DNA of 64,000 bases from Candidatus Cloacimonadales bacterium (GCA_963662655.2 CAXXTU010000002.1:736001-800000); one strand, 5' to 3'. Positions 31,463-42,017 are shown, counted from the stretch's first letter. A program made the numbers and translations. The notes: generated by a model from the sequence alone, not told the origin.

Positions 31463-32043
31463 TTCGCGTCCAGAATAACCCAATAAGCCTTCACCGGCAA
31501 TTCACCGTACATGTCGAAGTTGATAAGCCTTTCGGAAATATGGGTATGGTATTTCCAGATTGCTGGAACGTTGATGTGAAAATCATCCTCCGATTTCATC
31601 TCGATGTATATGAAATACGTCGGATCGTAGCTCATAATCGTCAAGCTCCTGGCTTCTGAGCGAGGCAGCGGTACCGTGAATTGATAATGCAAACGTCCAT
31701 CGGACAATTCGGCAATGAAGTCGCTCACCGAATCAACCCTCACGGAGCTGTCGCCCAACTCGATATTGAGAAAGTAGTTGTATATCTCTACGTTGATAAA
31801 CGCTTCGTCATATAAGGTTTTCGTCTCGTTTTCATTGAAATGCCCGTCTTTGTCGACATCGTAATCAATGATGATGGATTCCGTAAAATATTCGTCAAAC
31901 AACCATTGAACTACAATTTGGGTGAATCCGCCTTCGTCGGCAGTGACCTCAGCGTTGAAATCGATGAACGAATGAGGGTGGGCAAAGAGCCTTGTGCTCA
32001 CCATCGCAAGGACAAGCAGGCTAATCCTCAGAAGGTATCGCAA
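31459..32043 (-). CDS. DUF1007-family periplasmic protein
   Basis: Signal peptide then AHPHSFID; YDPTYF; translationally coupled to the NicO gene. Confidence 0.8.
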   Translation of the reverse strand: MRYLLRISLLVLAMVSTRLFAHPHSFIDFNAEVTADEGGFTQIVVQWLFDEYFTESIIIDYDVDKDGHFNENETKTLYDEAFINVEIYNYFLNIELGDSSVRVDSVSDFIAELSDGRLHYQFTVPLPRSEARSLTIMSYDPTYFIYIEMKSEDDFHINVPAIWKYHTHISERLINFDMYGELPVKAYWVILDAK

Positions 32044-32980
32044 TGCGGAATCCTAAGCGCTCGTTACGGAAAAGTGGACATTTGTAGCTGTCGAGCGGAT
32101 ATGGCGATGGGTTGAGTTCATTGTTCTCCAGAATGCGCATCTCATTGCATCCGCCGCATGATATCTCTTGCGGATCAATGCCGGACAAACACCATTCGGA
32201 AACAGCCCCGGCGATTCCATAGACGGCCTCGATGCAGGCCTGCTTTACCACGATCTCATGATCTACCGGAAAACAAGCCATCAACTGTTCCCACGTCGGC
32301 ATATCTGCGCCAATCCATTGGGTAAATGCATAGCACTCGAACCAGGTCAAACCTCCGACGGGGCTGTTCGGGTGATTGTTCGTTGCATTGCTGTACCAAG
32401 GCTGCTTGTTAAAATCCCATTCCATGGGCTTTGAAAGCCTCTTCAATCCCTGGTAGTGCCAGCCGATGTTCTGGTCTTTCATCAGTTCGCCCTCGATTTT
32501 CCACAGTGGTTCGTCGTCGTATCCATCATCCAGCATGAAGTTCGCGAATTGCTCGTTCGTTATCTCGTACTTACTTATATAGAATGGTTTCAGGCTATAT
32601 TGCTCAATTGTGTTATCACACGTGATAACGCTGTATCTTCCGGCAGGAATGTAAACCATCTCTCCACATATCCTGCCATTTGTTCGTAATGTAATGCTGA
32701 GCGCTCCAACAGAAATGCCTGCTCCTTTGAATTCAATTGAATCCGCGCAAGCCGATGAAATCTCCTGCTCGATCGGTTTTTCCGCCACAATTCTCTCGAC
32801 ACCGCCGTTAACATAAGCGCTAATCCGCACCGAAGTTCCCTTCGCGACGTTGTTAAGTTTGTATCGGCAAATCACATGATCGTCCACCGACGCGAACTTC
32901 GTATCGTAGAGTAATGGGAAGCAAAGAATTCGTGCGGATGCAAGTATAATCACAACGGCTACAGCCAGTTTTCGCTCCAT
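32021..32980 (-). CDS. Formylglycine-generating enzyme (FGE/SUMF1)-like domain protein
   Basis: EMVYIPAG, FYISKYEITNEQF, PVGGLTW, GAVSEWC, LGFRI. Confidence 0.75.
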   Translation of the reverse strand: MERKLAVAVVIILASARILCFPLLYDTKFASVDDHVICRYKLNNVAKGTSVRISAYVNGGVERIVAEKPIEQEISSACADSIEFKGAGISVGALSITLRTNGRICGEMVYIPAGRYSVITCDNTIEQYSLKPFYISKYEITNEQFANFMLDDGYDDEPLWKIEGELMKDQNIGWHYQGLKRLSKPMEWDFNKQPWYSNATNNHPNSPVGGLTWFECYAFTQWIGADMPTWEQLMACFPVDHEIVVKQACIEAVYGIAGAVSEWCLSGIDPQEISCGGCNEMRILENNELNPSPYPLDSYKCPLFRNERLGFRIAIPSED

Positions 32981-33201
32981 TTTGAACCTCAAACAAGTCA
33001 GTGCTTCATTGAAGGTAAGAGTGTCAAGTCAAAATCTCGGATGTCGCCTATCTGCTCGGATATATTTCTCAATGATTTGAACCATGTTCCATTACCTGAA
33101 TTATCGGTTAAAGCGTAATTCAAGATTCCAATGTAATCTTTTTCTTGCCACGGCGTTATTACTAAGGAAAATGACGTTATTATGAAGAAAAGGGGACATG
33201 C

Positions 33202-36021
33202 ATGATCTCAAGACAGGCGATGGGCAGGCTGTTACTGCTGGTATCAATGCTTCTTGCATTAAGCGCTTTATTCTCTACGGGTGTGACTTACAACAATGAT
33301 TTTCCGGCGAACAAGCTTCAACGAGTAAGCAACGATCGTTATCAGGTGGTCCTGTTCGAAGAAGATTTCATCAACGGTTTGGGAGACTGGGAAAGCCAGG
33401 ACGGAACCGCGCCTTACCACTGGAACGAGTGGTGGCACGCATCGGAAGTGGGAGCTTACGAAGGAAGTTCCTGGTGGATGGGCGATGAATCGATCGACGG
33501 CTACCAGAACCATCGCTATATAATTATTGACACTGACGATATTGTTTTACCGCAAGAAAATGCGAGCATGGATTTCATGTTGAGCTTTAATCTTGAACCC
33601 GCCAGCGAGCATGACGATTACGACGCCTGGGATGGCTTCAATGTTCGCATAAGCAACGATTCCGGCGAGACCTGGCAGATTATCGAAGGTTCTCCCGCCT
33701 ATACGGCTACCAGTTGCTACAGCTTCGGCGAGATATTCGAAGAAGGTACGGGAGTCCCCGGCTGGACAGGCTCATCGGAAGGCTGGCAGGAAGCCTCGTT
33801 CGACCTGAGCGCGTGGGCCGGTCAAACGGTTCGCGTTCGCTTCGCGTTTGCATCGGACGACAATTCCTGTACCATCGACGAAGACGGTGATCCCTCCTGG
33901 TTCGGCGCACGTATCGATAACATCAATATCGGCGACGCGTTCTTCTCGAATGCGGATGGCGTTGAAGACGACGCGCGCATGATTCCCTGGTACAGCTCGG
34001 AGATGAGCGGCGATTTCTGGGAAGCTGCCATCGGCTACGAAGGCGGTCTTTCGGCGCATTGCCCCATCGAGAACAGCCTTGTTGACGAGATCATCTCTCC
34101 CGCATACAGCCTTCATGGCGATATCCATTACTACTTCTCCTATCGCGTGTTGTGCGATATTCCCGATACAGATAGCGATCAGGATGGCATTCTTGACGAC
34201 TACTACACCGTATATGTGAAAGCGCTCGATGATCTGTACTGGACGAGGATCCATTACAATCACGCGGATGGCTCTCCCGCTGAATGGACCTATATCGATA
34301 ACGACTATGCCCAAGCCCATTTCGCAGATCAGAACGGCAATTGCGACCTCGGAGTCTGGGCGGGGCAGACCGTCCAGTTCAAGTTTCAGTTGAACACGGA
34401 CAATGACGGAAACGCGCAGCACGCGAGCGGTCTGTACATCGACGATTTCAAGATTTACTACGAATTTCCTCTTGCCGAACCGGAAAACCTTCAGGCCTAT
34501 CCTTCCGGGCAGACGATCCAGCTATTGTGGGATAACCCGACCGGCGGTGCCCAGGAAGGCTGGATGCACTGGGACGATGGCATTATCGACAACTTCCTCG
34601 GCGCTGATGGTCCTGCTGATATCGATGTCTGTGCAAGGTTTTTCGCGGAAGATTTACTTCCCTATGTCGGTTACTGGATCACCGCCATTAAATTCGCCCC
34701 CGGAGAACAGCAGTGCGACTACTGGATCAGAATTTGGAGTGGCGATGGGACGATACTGCGAGAGCAGTATGTTGAGTATCCCTCCATCGGCGGCTGGAAC
34801 CGCGTGACCCTGCAAGAGCCGCTTCAGATAGAGTTTGGAAACATCCTGTGGATCGGGTACCGGGCCCTTGCCGAAGCCGGATATCCCTGTGGTTGTGACG
34901 TAGGGCCAATGGTCCCCGGAAAAGGTGGATTTGTTCGCGTGAACGGTGGAGACTGGGTTGAATTGTATTATGCTACCACGCCTGCGACAGATTCAAACCT
35001 GAATATTCAAGCACTGGTTGAATCTGACGACGGGAGGCCGGTACCTATCTCTGTGACTCGCAGCAGTCGTGCGGTGGAAGGCTATCAGGTTTTCCGCAGG
35101 AGTCTTGGAGGCTCGTTCGGGGAACCGATTGCCAACCTTTCCGGCGAGAACAATACGTTCTTCATCGATCAAAATCCCCCGACCAATACAATCCTCGAAT
35201 ATGCTGTCAAAGCAATCTACGAGCAAGCCGCATCCGATTTCTGCGAGCCTGTTCAAGCTCTTGCGCTGGCTCAGACAGCTATTGAATACAAATCAGACGA
35301 TGGTACCGCGGAATCGACCGCAACGCCGGGCGTCGCGGAAGAAATTGCAATTACATTCAATATGGAAGAACGCCGTCAGTTGAAGTACGCAAAGGTGTTC
35401 ATCGATGAGATGAGCGATCTTCCGTTCATCTTCAAGCTTTGGGACTGCGCTTCAACCGGAGAACCTGAATTGATGATCGAGGATTTCGCGATATCGTCAA
35501 GTGAACTCACTACCGGATGGAACTATATCAGCATTCCCGGTCAGCCGGTTCTGGACGCGAGAACATACGCTATAAGCGTCATGGGAACAGCCGTTTCTTA
35601 CGGCATCGGCGAAGACACAACCGAGCCCCAGGGTATGAGTTTTACATATTCCAATGGCGGTTGGGAGTATCACGATGCCGGCAACTACATGCTCCGAATC
35701 ATCGCCGACACGCAGATCGCGAACGACCATCAGGATATCGTGAAACCGGATATGGCCTTCTCGAACTACCCGAATCCGTTCAACCCCGAAACGACCTTCT
35801 CATTTTATCTTTCCAGCCCGGAAAAGGTACGCCTTGAGATTTTCAACATCCGAGGCCAGAAGGTTGTAACGCTTTCCGACGAGAGAATGGACGCTGGCGC
35901 TCACTTCGTTAACTGGAGTGGCCAGGACCAGACCGGCAAACCCGTTTCCGGTGGGGTGTACCTGAGTCGGCTGAGTACACAGAGCAATACTGAGATGAGA
36001 AAAGTTCTCCTGCTCAAATAG
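33202..36021 (+). CDS. Large secreted beta-sandwich protein with T9SS type A-like sorting domain
   Basis: Signal peptide; repeated FDLSAWAGQTVRVRF jelly-roll modules; [11 protein letters not shown]...KVLLLK. Confidence 0.85.
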   Translation: MISRQAMGRLLLLVSMLLALSALFSTGVTYNNDFPANKLQRVSNDRYQVVLFEEDFINGLGDWESQDGTAPYHWNEWWHASEVGAYEGSSWWMGDESIDGYQNHRYIIIDTDDIVLPQENASMDFMLSFNLEPASEHDDYDAWDGFNVRISNDSGETWQIIEGSPAYTATSCYSFGEIFEEGTGVPGWTGSSEGWQEASFDLSAWAGQTVRVRFAFASDDNSCTIDEDGDPSWFGARIDNINIGDAFFSNADGVEDDARMIPWYSSEMSGDFWEAAIGYEGGLSAHCPIENSLVDEIISPAYSLHGDIHYYFSYRVLCDIPDTDSDQDGILDDYYTVYVKALDDLYWTRIHYNHADGSPAEWTYIDNDYAQAHFADQNGNCDLGVWAGQTVQFKFQLNTDNDGNAQHASGLYIDDFKIYYEFPLAEPENLQAYPSGQTIQLLWDNPTGGAQEGWMHWDDGIIDNFLGADGPADIDVCARFFAEDLLPYVGYWITAIKFAPGEQQCDYWIRIWSGDGTILREQYVEYPSIGGWNRVTLQEPLQIEFGNILWIGYRALAEAGYPCGCDVGPMVPGKGGFVRVNGGDWVELYYATTPATDSNLNIQALVESDDGRPVPISVTRSSRAVEGYQVFRRSLGGSFGEPIANLSGENNTFFIDQNPPTNTILEYAVKAIYEQAASDFCEPVQALALAQTAIEYKSDDGTAESTATPGVAEEIAITFNMEERRQLKYAKVFIDEMSDLPFIFKLWDCASTGEPELMIEDFAISSSELTTGWNYISIPGQPVLDARTYAISVMGTAVSYGIGEDTTEPQGMSFTYSNGGWEYHDAGNYMLRIIADTQIANDHQDIVKPDMAFSNYPNPFNPETTFSFYLSSPEKVRLEIFNIRGQKVVTLSDERMDAGAHFVNWSGQDQTGKPVSGGVYLSRLSTQSNTEMRKVLLLK

Positions 36022-36040
36022 ACATCAGTTTTAGATATAG

Positions 36041-36071
36041 AAAAGGAGCGTCTCATTTGACGCTCCTTTTT
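36041..36071 (+). terminator. Intrinsic (bidirectional) terminator
   Basis: AAAAGGAGCGTC-loop-GACGCTCCTTTT. Confidence 0.8.
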
Positions 36072-36163
36072 AATGACCTGTTGCATCTCGAGTGGGGCTA
36101 ATCCCATCGGATGCAATGCTTAGTTGCAAGATTCGCATGCGACAACTTGGAATCCCATATATG

Positions 36164-36278
36164 CTTCGATACGATTTCGCAAGCGAAATCACTCAGCATG
36201 ACATCCAGGGGGAGTTGCGACCTACTCTATTTGCACCAGAGCCCTACTTCTTGTCACCCTGAGCGGAGTCGAAGGGTC
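36164..36278. repeat. REP-like inverted repeat pair (TGTCA-CCTGAGCG-AGTCGAAG type)
   Basis: CTTCGA...CTCAGCATGACA faces TGTCACCCTGAGCGGAGTCGAAG. Confidence 0.6.
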
Positions 36279-36316
36279 GATTCTTTCGTTTACGCTTCGC
36301 AAAGTCACAACGCTAT

Positions 36317-36609
36317 GATTTCGTTTTGGCTTCGTCAAAGCCGACTCCAGCACTTTGTGCTTCCGGCAAGATTTCGTTTTGACTTCGTCAAAGCCGACTC
36401 CAGCACTTTGTGCTTCCGGCAAGATTTCGTTTTGACTTCGTCAAAGCCGACTCCAGCACTTTGTGCTTCCGGCAAGATTTCGTTTTGACTTCGTCAAAGC
36501 CGACTCCAGCACTTTGTGCTTCCGGCAAGATTTCGTTTTGACTTCGTCAAAGCCGACTCCAGCACTTTGTGCTTCCGGCAAGATTTCGTTTTGACTTCGT
36601 CAAAGCCGA
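36317..36609. repeat. 53-nt tandem repeat, 5.5 copies, no spacers
   Basis: Unit GATTTCGTTTTGACTTCGTCAAAGCCGACTCCAGCACTTTGTGCTTCCGGCAA starting at 36317, 36370, 36423, 36476, 36529, 36582 (partial). Confidence 0.95.
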
Positions 36610-36611
36610 AA

Positions 36612-38285
36612 TTACTTTAGCATCATAAGTTTACGTGTTTGAGTTAGATTCCCCGATTCCAGTCTGCAGAAATAAATCCCGCTTGAAAGCGTATTTCCGC
36701 GGTCGTCGGTTCCATCCCATGCGATATGATATTCACCCTGCGATTTGACTTCGTTGACCAGCGTTCTGACTCGTTGTCCCTTCGCGTTGAAAACAGCAAG
36801 TTGCGTGTGGTTCTGCTCGGGGATCGAGTAGTGGATTACCGTCTGAGGATTGAAGGGATTGGGAGTATTGCTCAGCTTGAAGACGGTAGCCGGAGATACA
36901 TCATCGACAGCGTTCTGTTCCTGAACCGGGAACTCGAACGACGTCGAGAATGTACGATCGTAACTGGTAGAAAACGAGACGTCGATCGTCGCCGTATGTT
37001 CTTGAGCTGTCTCGGAAATTCGGATCAGGAAGGGGCTGTCGACATTGGTCGCCGGCATGGATGGAGCGATATCGCCGTAGGCGTAGGTTGCTGAGAGGAA
37101 CTCGATATCCGCGTCTTGTGTGGAAAGAGAGGCCTGCAAGCCTGGAGTGGGGAAGTCGGCGGAAACAGTGAGGTAGATCATGATGGTTTCACCGCTCTCC
37201 ATGATCCCGTCCGTATCCCCGTCCACCAGAATGGGGTCTTCGTTATATAGATTCCCATAGTTCAAAAAGGTGAATGTCTCGACATCGGCCATGGCGATGT
37301 TATCGAAATCCCGATCGATCGAGATGTACATGAGCTTGTCGTTCAGGTCGGCGATGGTCGACCACTGCGTTCCTTGCGTTCCCTGATGCCAGGTGGGCAT
37401 GGCGATGATGTCCATCGCGTTTCGCCAGTCTTCGATGATACCGTTTTGATCTTCGAGGACATTGTACAGCATCTCGTAGCGATAGCATTCATAGAAGAGC
37501 TGTTCCAGCGACGCGCCATAGATAACTGAATTGGTCAGCACCTGCCAGTTTACATCCGTGGGGATCGCGACAAACCGGTCGTCGACGTATTCGAGGACAA
37601 CGGTTTCGCCGGTGGCGTCCGTCACCAGTAAATGGTGCGAGACAACGTTGTTCGCGCCTGCGTCGAAGACGTTGTAGCTGTTTGCGATCTCGAGCGCTTC
37701 GGCGCAATTGGACGCGCCATCGAGAATGCGGCGGCAAAGGAGCGTGATAAAGATGTATTCCTTCTCGGGGTACTCATGAATGGTGACGGGCCGAACATAG
37801 GCGAGTCCAGCCGCAAGACCAGTTTCGTTGAGGCCGTCGGCGGTATAGTAGGGCGATTTCAGCAGGAACTTCTTCTCGTGGGTAGAAAGACTCGTATAGT
37901 CTGTTCCCGTTGGCAATCCGACATCGCTCAACCTGTTCAGAGCAATTGACGAATATTGCCCCGGAGGTGAATACTTGCCTACGAGGACATCCTGTTCAGG
38001 ATTATCCATATTCCTGCCGTAGAAGAGGTTCTGTGGATCCCCGATTCCCGAGTACAAGCTGCAATTGAAATTGCTGTCCGGCCTAACAAATCCCCCGGTG
38101 TAAAGGTTATTGATATACTGAAGGATATCTTCGTAATCTCCTTGAAATTCGATCGTACAGAACTCGCCCAACTTCTGAAAGCTATTCAACGTCGATAGCG
38201 TATCAACACGTGAAATGGGCATGTCCTGGGCCTGTATACAGAAAACAAATGCCGTGAACAAGATTGCGCATAAAACTTTTCTCAT
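36612..38285 (-). CDS. Secreted Ntn-hydrolase (C45/choloylglycine hydrolase-like) with T9SS type A-like sorting domain
   Basis: NCSLY...YGRNMD, DGLNETGLA, HLLVTDATG..VVLEY, LTN; NTPNPFNP...KLMMLK; GGAGG RBS. Confidence 0.8.
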   Translation of the reverse strand: MRKVLCAILFTAFVFCIQAQDMPISRVDTLSTLNSFQKLGEFCTIEFQGDYEDILQYINNLYTGGFVRPDSNFNCSLYSGIGDPQNLFYGRNMDNPEQDVLVGKYSPPGQYSSIALNRLSDVGLPTGTDYTSLSTHEKKFLLKSPYYTADGLNETGLAAGLAYVRPVTIHEYPEKEYIFITLLCRRILDGASNCAEALEIANSYNVFDAGANNVVSHHLLVTDATGETVVLEYVDDRFVAIPTDVNWQVLTNSVIYGASLEQLFYECYRYEMLYNVLEDQNGIIEDWRNAMDIIAMPTWHQGTQGTQWSTIADLNDKLMYISIDRDFDNIAMADVETFTFLNYGNLYNEDPILVDGDTDGIMESGETIMIYLTVSADFPTPGLQASLSTQDADIEFLSATYAYGDIAPSMPATNVDSPFLIRISETAQEHTATIDVSFSTSYDRTFSTSFEFPVQEQNAVDDVSPATVFKLSNTPNPFNPQTVIHYSIPEQNHTQLAVFNAKGQRVRTLVNEVKSQGEYHIAWDGTDDRGNTLSSGIYFCRLESGNLTQTRKLMMLK

Positions 38286-38331
38286 GAATCCTCCCTGCCG
38301 AACAAGATAACGAATACTATCGTGTACCATT

Positions 38332-38347
38332 TGCAAGAACGGTGCCG
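38332..38347 (-). promoter_or_regulatory. Putative sigma-54 (-24/-12) promoter
   Basis: Minus strand CGGCACCGTTCTTGCA = GG-N10-GC, 46 nt upstream of the start codon. Confidence 0.6.
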
Positions 38348-38474
38348 AATGAGCGACATTCACGAATATAAGCTAAGTTCATGGCATTTTGCGATGCATA
38401 CTGTGATCGACGAACAATGAAAACGTTCGATTCCAAAGCACGGATGTACCAATGTGAACGATTGTGGACAGCGA

Positions 38475-39356
38475 TCATCGCTGTGTGATAAACTCCTGCA
38501 CCAGTTGAACGAACTCAGCCGGCTTTTCGGAGTGAATCGAATGAGCGGCTTGCTCGATGATACGGAATTGAGCGTTTGGTATCGCTTCGGCCAATGCCTT
38601 GCAGCAGTCCACGGGAAAAATGATGTCCTGCGAACCAGCGATAACCAGCGTGGGGCAGAGGACATTCTCGCAGAAGGATTCTGCCTGAAAGCTTTCGGCG
38701 GCATCGACCTGCAAACAGAATCCTTTCGGCGTCTGTGGATAGGGGTAATCGACAGAGGAATCGAGCGCCAAGCTGACGAGAGCCTTCTGCTCGAAAAAGG
38801 TGGGCGTGAATATCCAGAAGAACAGGTTCTGGAACCACTCCCTCGTCGGGCCATACGTTTTGATGGACTGACTCAGGTTCCCGAAGAGCATCTTGTTTCT
38901 AGCGGATATTTCCAGCGGTGTACCGGCTATAATCAGACAAGAAACTCGCTCCGGATTCGTAGCGGCCAAAGTTAGTGCGATCTGGCCTCCCATGGAATGC
39001 CCCACAACGATTGCCTTATCGATTCCGAGGTGATCGAGGAGTGCCAGCGCGTCTTTTGCCATCACCTGTACAGTGAGGGAATCGTCGTGCGACGCAGTAC
39101 GGCCCGTGGTGCGATTGTCGTAGACGATTACCCTATATTTCCCGGAAAGCAAGGGCAGGACCGAAAGCCAGCTTTGGGAATCGGAGGCAAGGCCGGCGAT
39201 CAGGAGAAGTGGCTCCCCCTCGCCGTGGATTTCATAGTACATTTGAGCTCCGTTATGTTCAAACGTTCCCATATAAAACTCCTGTGTTGTTAGCGGTTGG
39301 GCATTAAATGATGCTACTGAGAAAATAATAGCGATGGTCATTAGAAACCGTGTCAT
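38475..39356 (-). CDS. Alpha/beta fold hydrolase
   Basis: GEGEPLLLIAG, VGHSMGG nucleophile elbow, PTLVIAGSQD, AAHSI. Confidence 0.9.
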   Translation of the reverse strand: MTRFLMTIAIIFSVASFNAQPLTTQEFYMGTFEHNGAQMYYEIHGEGEPLLLIAGLASDSQSWLSVLPLLSGKYRVIVYDNRTTGRTASHDDSLTVQVMAKDALALLDHLGIDKAIVVGHSMGGQIALTLAATNPERVSCLIIAGTPLEISARNKMLFGNLSQSIKTYGPTREWFQNLFFWIFTPTFFEQKALVSLALDSSVDYPYPQTPKGFCLQVDAAESFQAESFCENVLCPTLVIAGSQDIIFPVDCCKALAEAIPNAQFRIIEQAAHSIHSEKPAEFVQLVQEFITQR

Positions 39357-39445
39357 TGTTATCACCTGTCGTTATTGATTCATTGTCATGATGACACCGG
39401 ATTCGTTTTCAGACAACTTTTTTTTCAAGTCACTAATGGCTTACC

Positions 39446-39571
39446 AGTATGGCATCTTCGCCCAATCCGCCACTCCTACGTGGATATAGCACACCATCCT
39501 GACTATCGAACGTGAAAATATGGTGTGCAACACCACGTCTTCGTGGCGGATTGAACGAATCTGCTCATACT
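39446..39571 (-). repeat. Structured hairpin element family 1, copy B
   Basis: Same conserved boxes and spacing as copies A, C, D with compensatory stem changes. Confidence 0.85.
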
Positions 39572-39592
39572 TCATGCGCAATTATAAAGGGA

Positions 39593-39617
39593 AAGGGCAG
39601 ACGTAACGTCTGCCCTT
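39593..39617 (-). terminator. Intrinsic terminator of sppA
   Basis: AAGGGCAGACG-3nt-CGTCTGCCCTT. Confidence 0.65.
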
Positions 39618-39638
39618 GTGAGATTTATGGGGGGAGGA

Positions 39639-42017
39639 TTATTTGAGGTCGTTTACTTCGATTGGCATGAGGAATAGAATTCCGTTGTCCGACATCTCTT
39701 TGTAGCGCTCGGTGCGTTCGACCAATTGATCGATCTCTTCCGGCAACTGGTTCATCAAGCCGATCGAGCTCAGCATGTCCATGTCGGTGTGTATCGTCAT
39801 TCCTTCTTTGTGCTTGGGGAATTCGATGAGGTTGAGTTTCTTCACGTTCAGGCGGGTCATCATGTGTTCGAACGCGGTCTCCAGACCTCCTAGATCATCG
39901 ACGAGTCCGTTTTCGAGCGCTTGGCGCCCGGTCCATATCCTACCCTGTGCGATGGCGTGAACCTCTTCTTTGGTCATGCCTCTTCCTTCCGCGACGTGAC
40001 CGATGAATACATCGTAGAAATGTTCGATGGATTCATTGTATTTCTGCTTCTCCGAATCGGTCATACTTCGCATGAGAGAACCGATGTCGGCATGCTCGCC
40101 CCGGCGGATGGTTTCGTAGTTCACGTCGATCTTGCCGAGGAGTTCCTGGATGTTCGGGGCGATTCCCATGACGCCGATCGAACCGGTGATGGTCATTGGG
40201 TCCGCGATAATCTCGTCACCGTATACGGCGATGTAATAACCTCCGGAACCGGCGACAGCCCCGAATGAGAAGATCACCGGACGCCCGGTCTCCTTGAACA
40301 GCTTGATCTCGCGTGCGATGATGTCGGATGCCAGCGCCGAGCCGCCACCGCTGTTGACGCGGACGATCATGCCGTCGATCATAGGATTCTTGCGCGCGTC
40401 CCGAATCGCCTTGGCCATGGAGGTGGAGCCGATGCTCTTGCCGGGCTGGCCTTCGCCGGAGTGGATATCGCCAATCGCGTAGATCATGGCGATGTTCTTC
40501 GATGCGTCCTGCGCCCATTCGATCGGCATGGGATCGCTGTAATAGGTAGGCATGAACATGGCGTTTTTGCCGAGGGTCTCAAGGATCTGATCTTCGTAGA
40601 TCAAGCCGTCGATCAAGCCGAGTTCGAGCGCTTCGTCGGCGCGGTACGGACCTTCGTCGATGATGGTGCGTACGTCTTGTGTCAGTTTGTCGGCTCTTCC
40701 TTCCTCGATCATCGCGACGAATTCGTCGAACATTCCGTCCAGAACATGGGTGAGAGCCACACGCTCGGCTTCGGTCATGTGGTTTTCGGAGAAGATGTTT
40801 CCCGCAGTCTTGTATTCGTGGCTCTGGAAGTTGACGACTTCCACGCCAAGCTTCTCGAGAAGGTCGTGTACGTAAGGCATCGAGATCGCCAGACCCTTCA
40901 ATTCCACATCGCCAACCGGATTCATGTAGATTCGATCGGCGATTGACGCTGCGAAGACGTACTGCGAGTTGGGGATTGAATCCAGGTAGAACACGATTTC
41001 CTTGCCCGTCGCCTTGAAGCTTTGGAATTCCTTGTGAAGCTCGTAGTAGTTCGCGAAGTTCCCCTGAAGGTTGCTGCTGCGAATCAGGATGCCGTCGATG
41101 CGATCGTCCTTCTTGAGCTTGCGGATCTTGTCGATCATGCTGAGCAACCTGATTTGACCCTCGTTCTGGAAACGGATAAAGCCGAATTCGGAATATTTCT
41201 CACGTTCGACAATCTCTCCGCTCATCTTCCAGTCGTAGTATTTCTTCTTGTGGAACATGACGCACGGGGAGCGGAATTGCTTGTCGGAGATGTGGATAAA
41301 CATCTCGCCGTTGGAGATCTTGTTGTCGTCGTTCAGGTAGTTGACGCTACCGATTTGGGATTTATCGGCGGAGAAGGCGATGCTCAGGGCGAATGTTTCG
41401 TCTTCGGTCTCGTAGGACGCGCCCAGGTAGAGTCCGTTGATCGGCTCGACCTGGATTCCGTAGATGGGATCGCCCCACTCGTCGTCGGTGTATTCGATAT
41501 CGCCGGTGAGTGTAACGCGGTCGATCAGAGGACGAATCCCCAGCCCTGCCCGGTAAACGTTCTCGTCGGAGTCATTGAGTATTTGAGCCGTACCACCCAC
41601 GGATACCCAATCGATGGGGCGGTAGAGCATGGAGAATCCAACCGATCCGTGAGCGAAATGGTCGTCAATCCAGTCCCAATGCGTTCCCAGGTAGAAATTG
41701 TTGAACAGCTCGGAAGCGGACGCCAGGCGGTGGTAGTTCGTCTTCTCGCTTCTGCGATAGGAGTAGCCAAGATTGTCCGTATTGAAGAACAACGTATAAT
41801 CCCTGACGAAATCTTCGTCGTCGTATGAAGCCTGATAGCCGAAACCGCCGGCTCTTCCATAAGCCAGTCCGGCCGGATTGACACGGGTAGCGTGTATGCC
41901 ATCGGTGGTGGCCACGGAGAAGTACTTCGCGCTAATCTGCTCCCAGTTAACTTCCGTAGCTCCAAGACTGATGGCAGCCCCCAGTACGATCACAAGAATG
42001 ATAATCATTTTACTCAT
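39639..42017 (-). CDS. sppA: Signal peptide peptidase SppA (S49) with N-terminal beta-rich extension
   Basis: EYKTAG, RVNSGGGSALASD, AGSGGYY, TITGSIGV, AQGRIWTGRQALENGLVDDLGG. Confidence 0.88.
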   Translation of the reverse strand: MSKMIIILVIVLGAAISLGATEVNWEQISAKYFSVATTDGIHATRVNPAGLAYGRAGGFGYQASYDDEDFVRDYTLFFNTDNLGYSYRRSEKTNYHRLASASELFNNFYLGTHWDWIDDHFAHGSVGFSMLYRPIDWVSVGGTAQILNDSDENVYRAGLGIRPLIDRVTLTGDIEYTDDEWGDPIYGIQVEPINGLYLGASYETEDETFALSIAFSADKSQIGSVNYLNDDNKISNGEMFIHISDKQFRSPCVMFHKKKYYDWKMSGEIVEREKYSEFGFIRFQNEGQIRLLSMIDKIRKLKKDDRIDGILIRSSNLQGNFANYYELHKEFQSFKATGKEIVFYLDSIPNSQYVFAASIADRIYMNPVGDVELKGLAISMPYVHDLLEKLGVEVVNFQSHEYKTAGNIFSENHMTEAERVALTHVLDGMFDEFVAMIEEGRADKLTQDVRTIIDEGPYRADEALELGLIDGLIYEDQILETLGKNAMFMPTYYSDPMPIEWAQDASKNIAMIYAIGDIHSGEGQPGKSIGSTSMAKAIRDARKNPMIDGMIVRVNSGGGSALASDIIAREIKLFKETGRPVIFSFGAVAGSGGYYIAVYGDEIIADPMTITGSIGVMGIAPNIQELLGKIDVNYETIRRGEHADIGSLMRSMTDSEKQKYNESIEHFYDVFIGHVAEGRGMTKEEVHAIAQGRIWTGRQALENGLVDDLGGLETAFEHMMTRLNVKKLNLIEFPKHKEGMTIHTDMDMLSSIGLMNQLPEEIDQLVERTERYKEMSDNGILFLMPIEVNDLK

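Noticed and set aside
36111..36488. 125-aa ORF
   Set aside because: Translation of the REP-like repeat (CHPERSRRV) and the tandem array; almost certainly spurious.
36317..36609. CRISPR array
   Set aside because: Units are contiguous and identical with no unique spacers; no cas genes in the window.
38385..38470. Possible degenerate fifth copy of hairpin family 1
   Set aside because: Only short matches (catggcat, gaacga); central boxes and nested pairing are absent.
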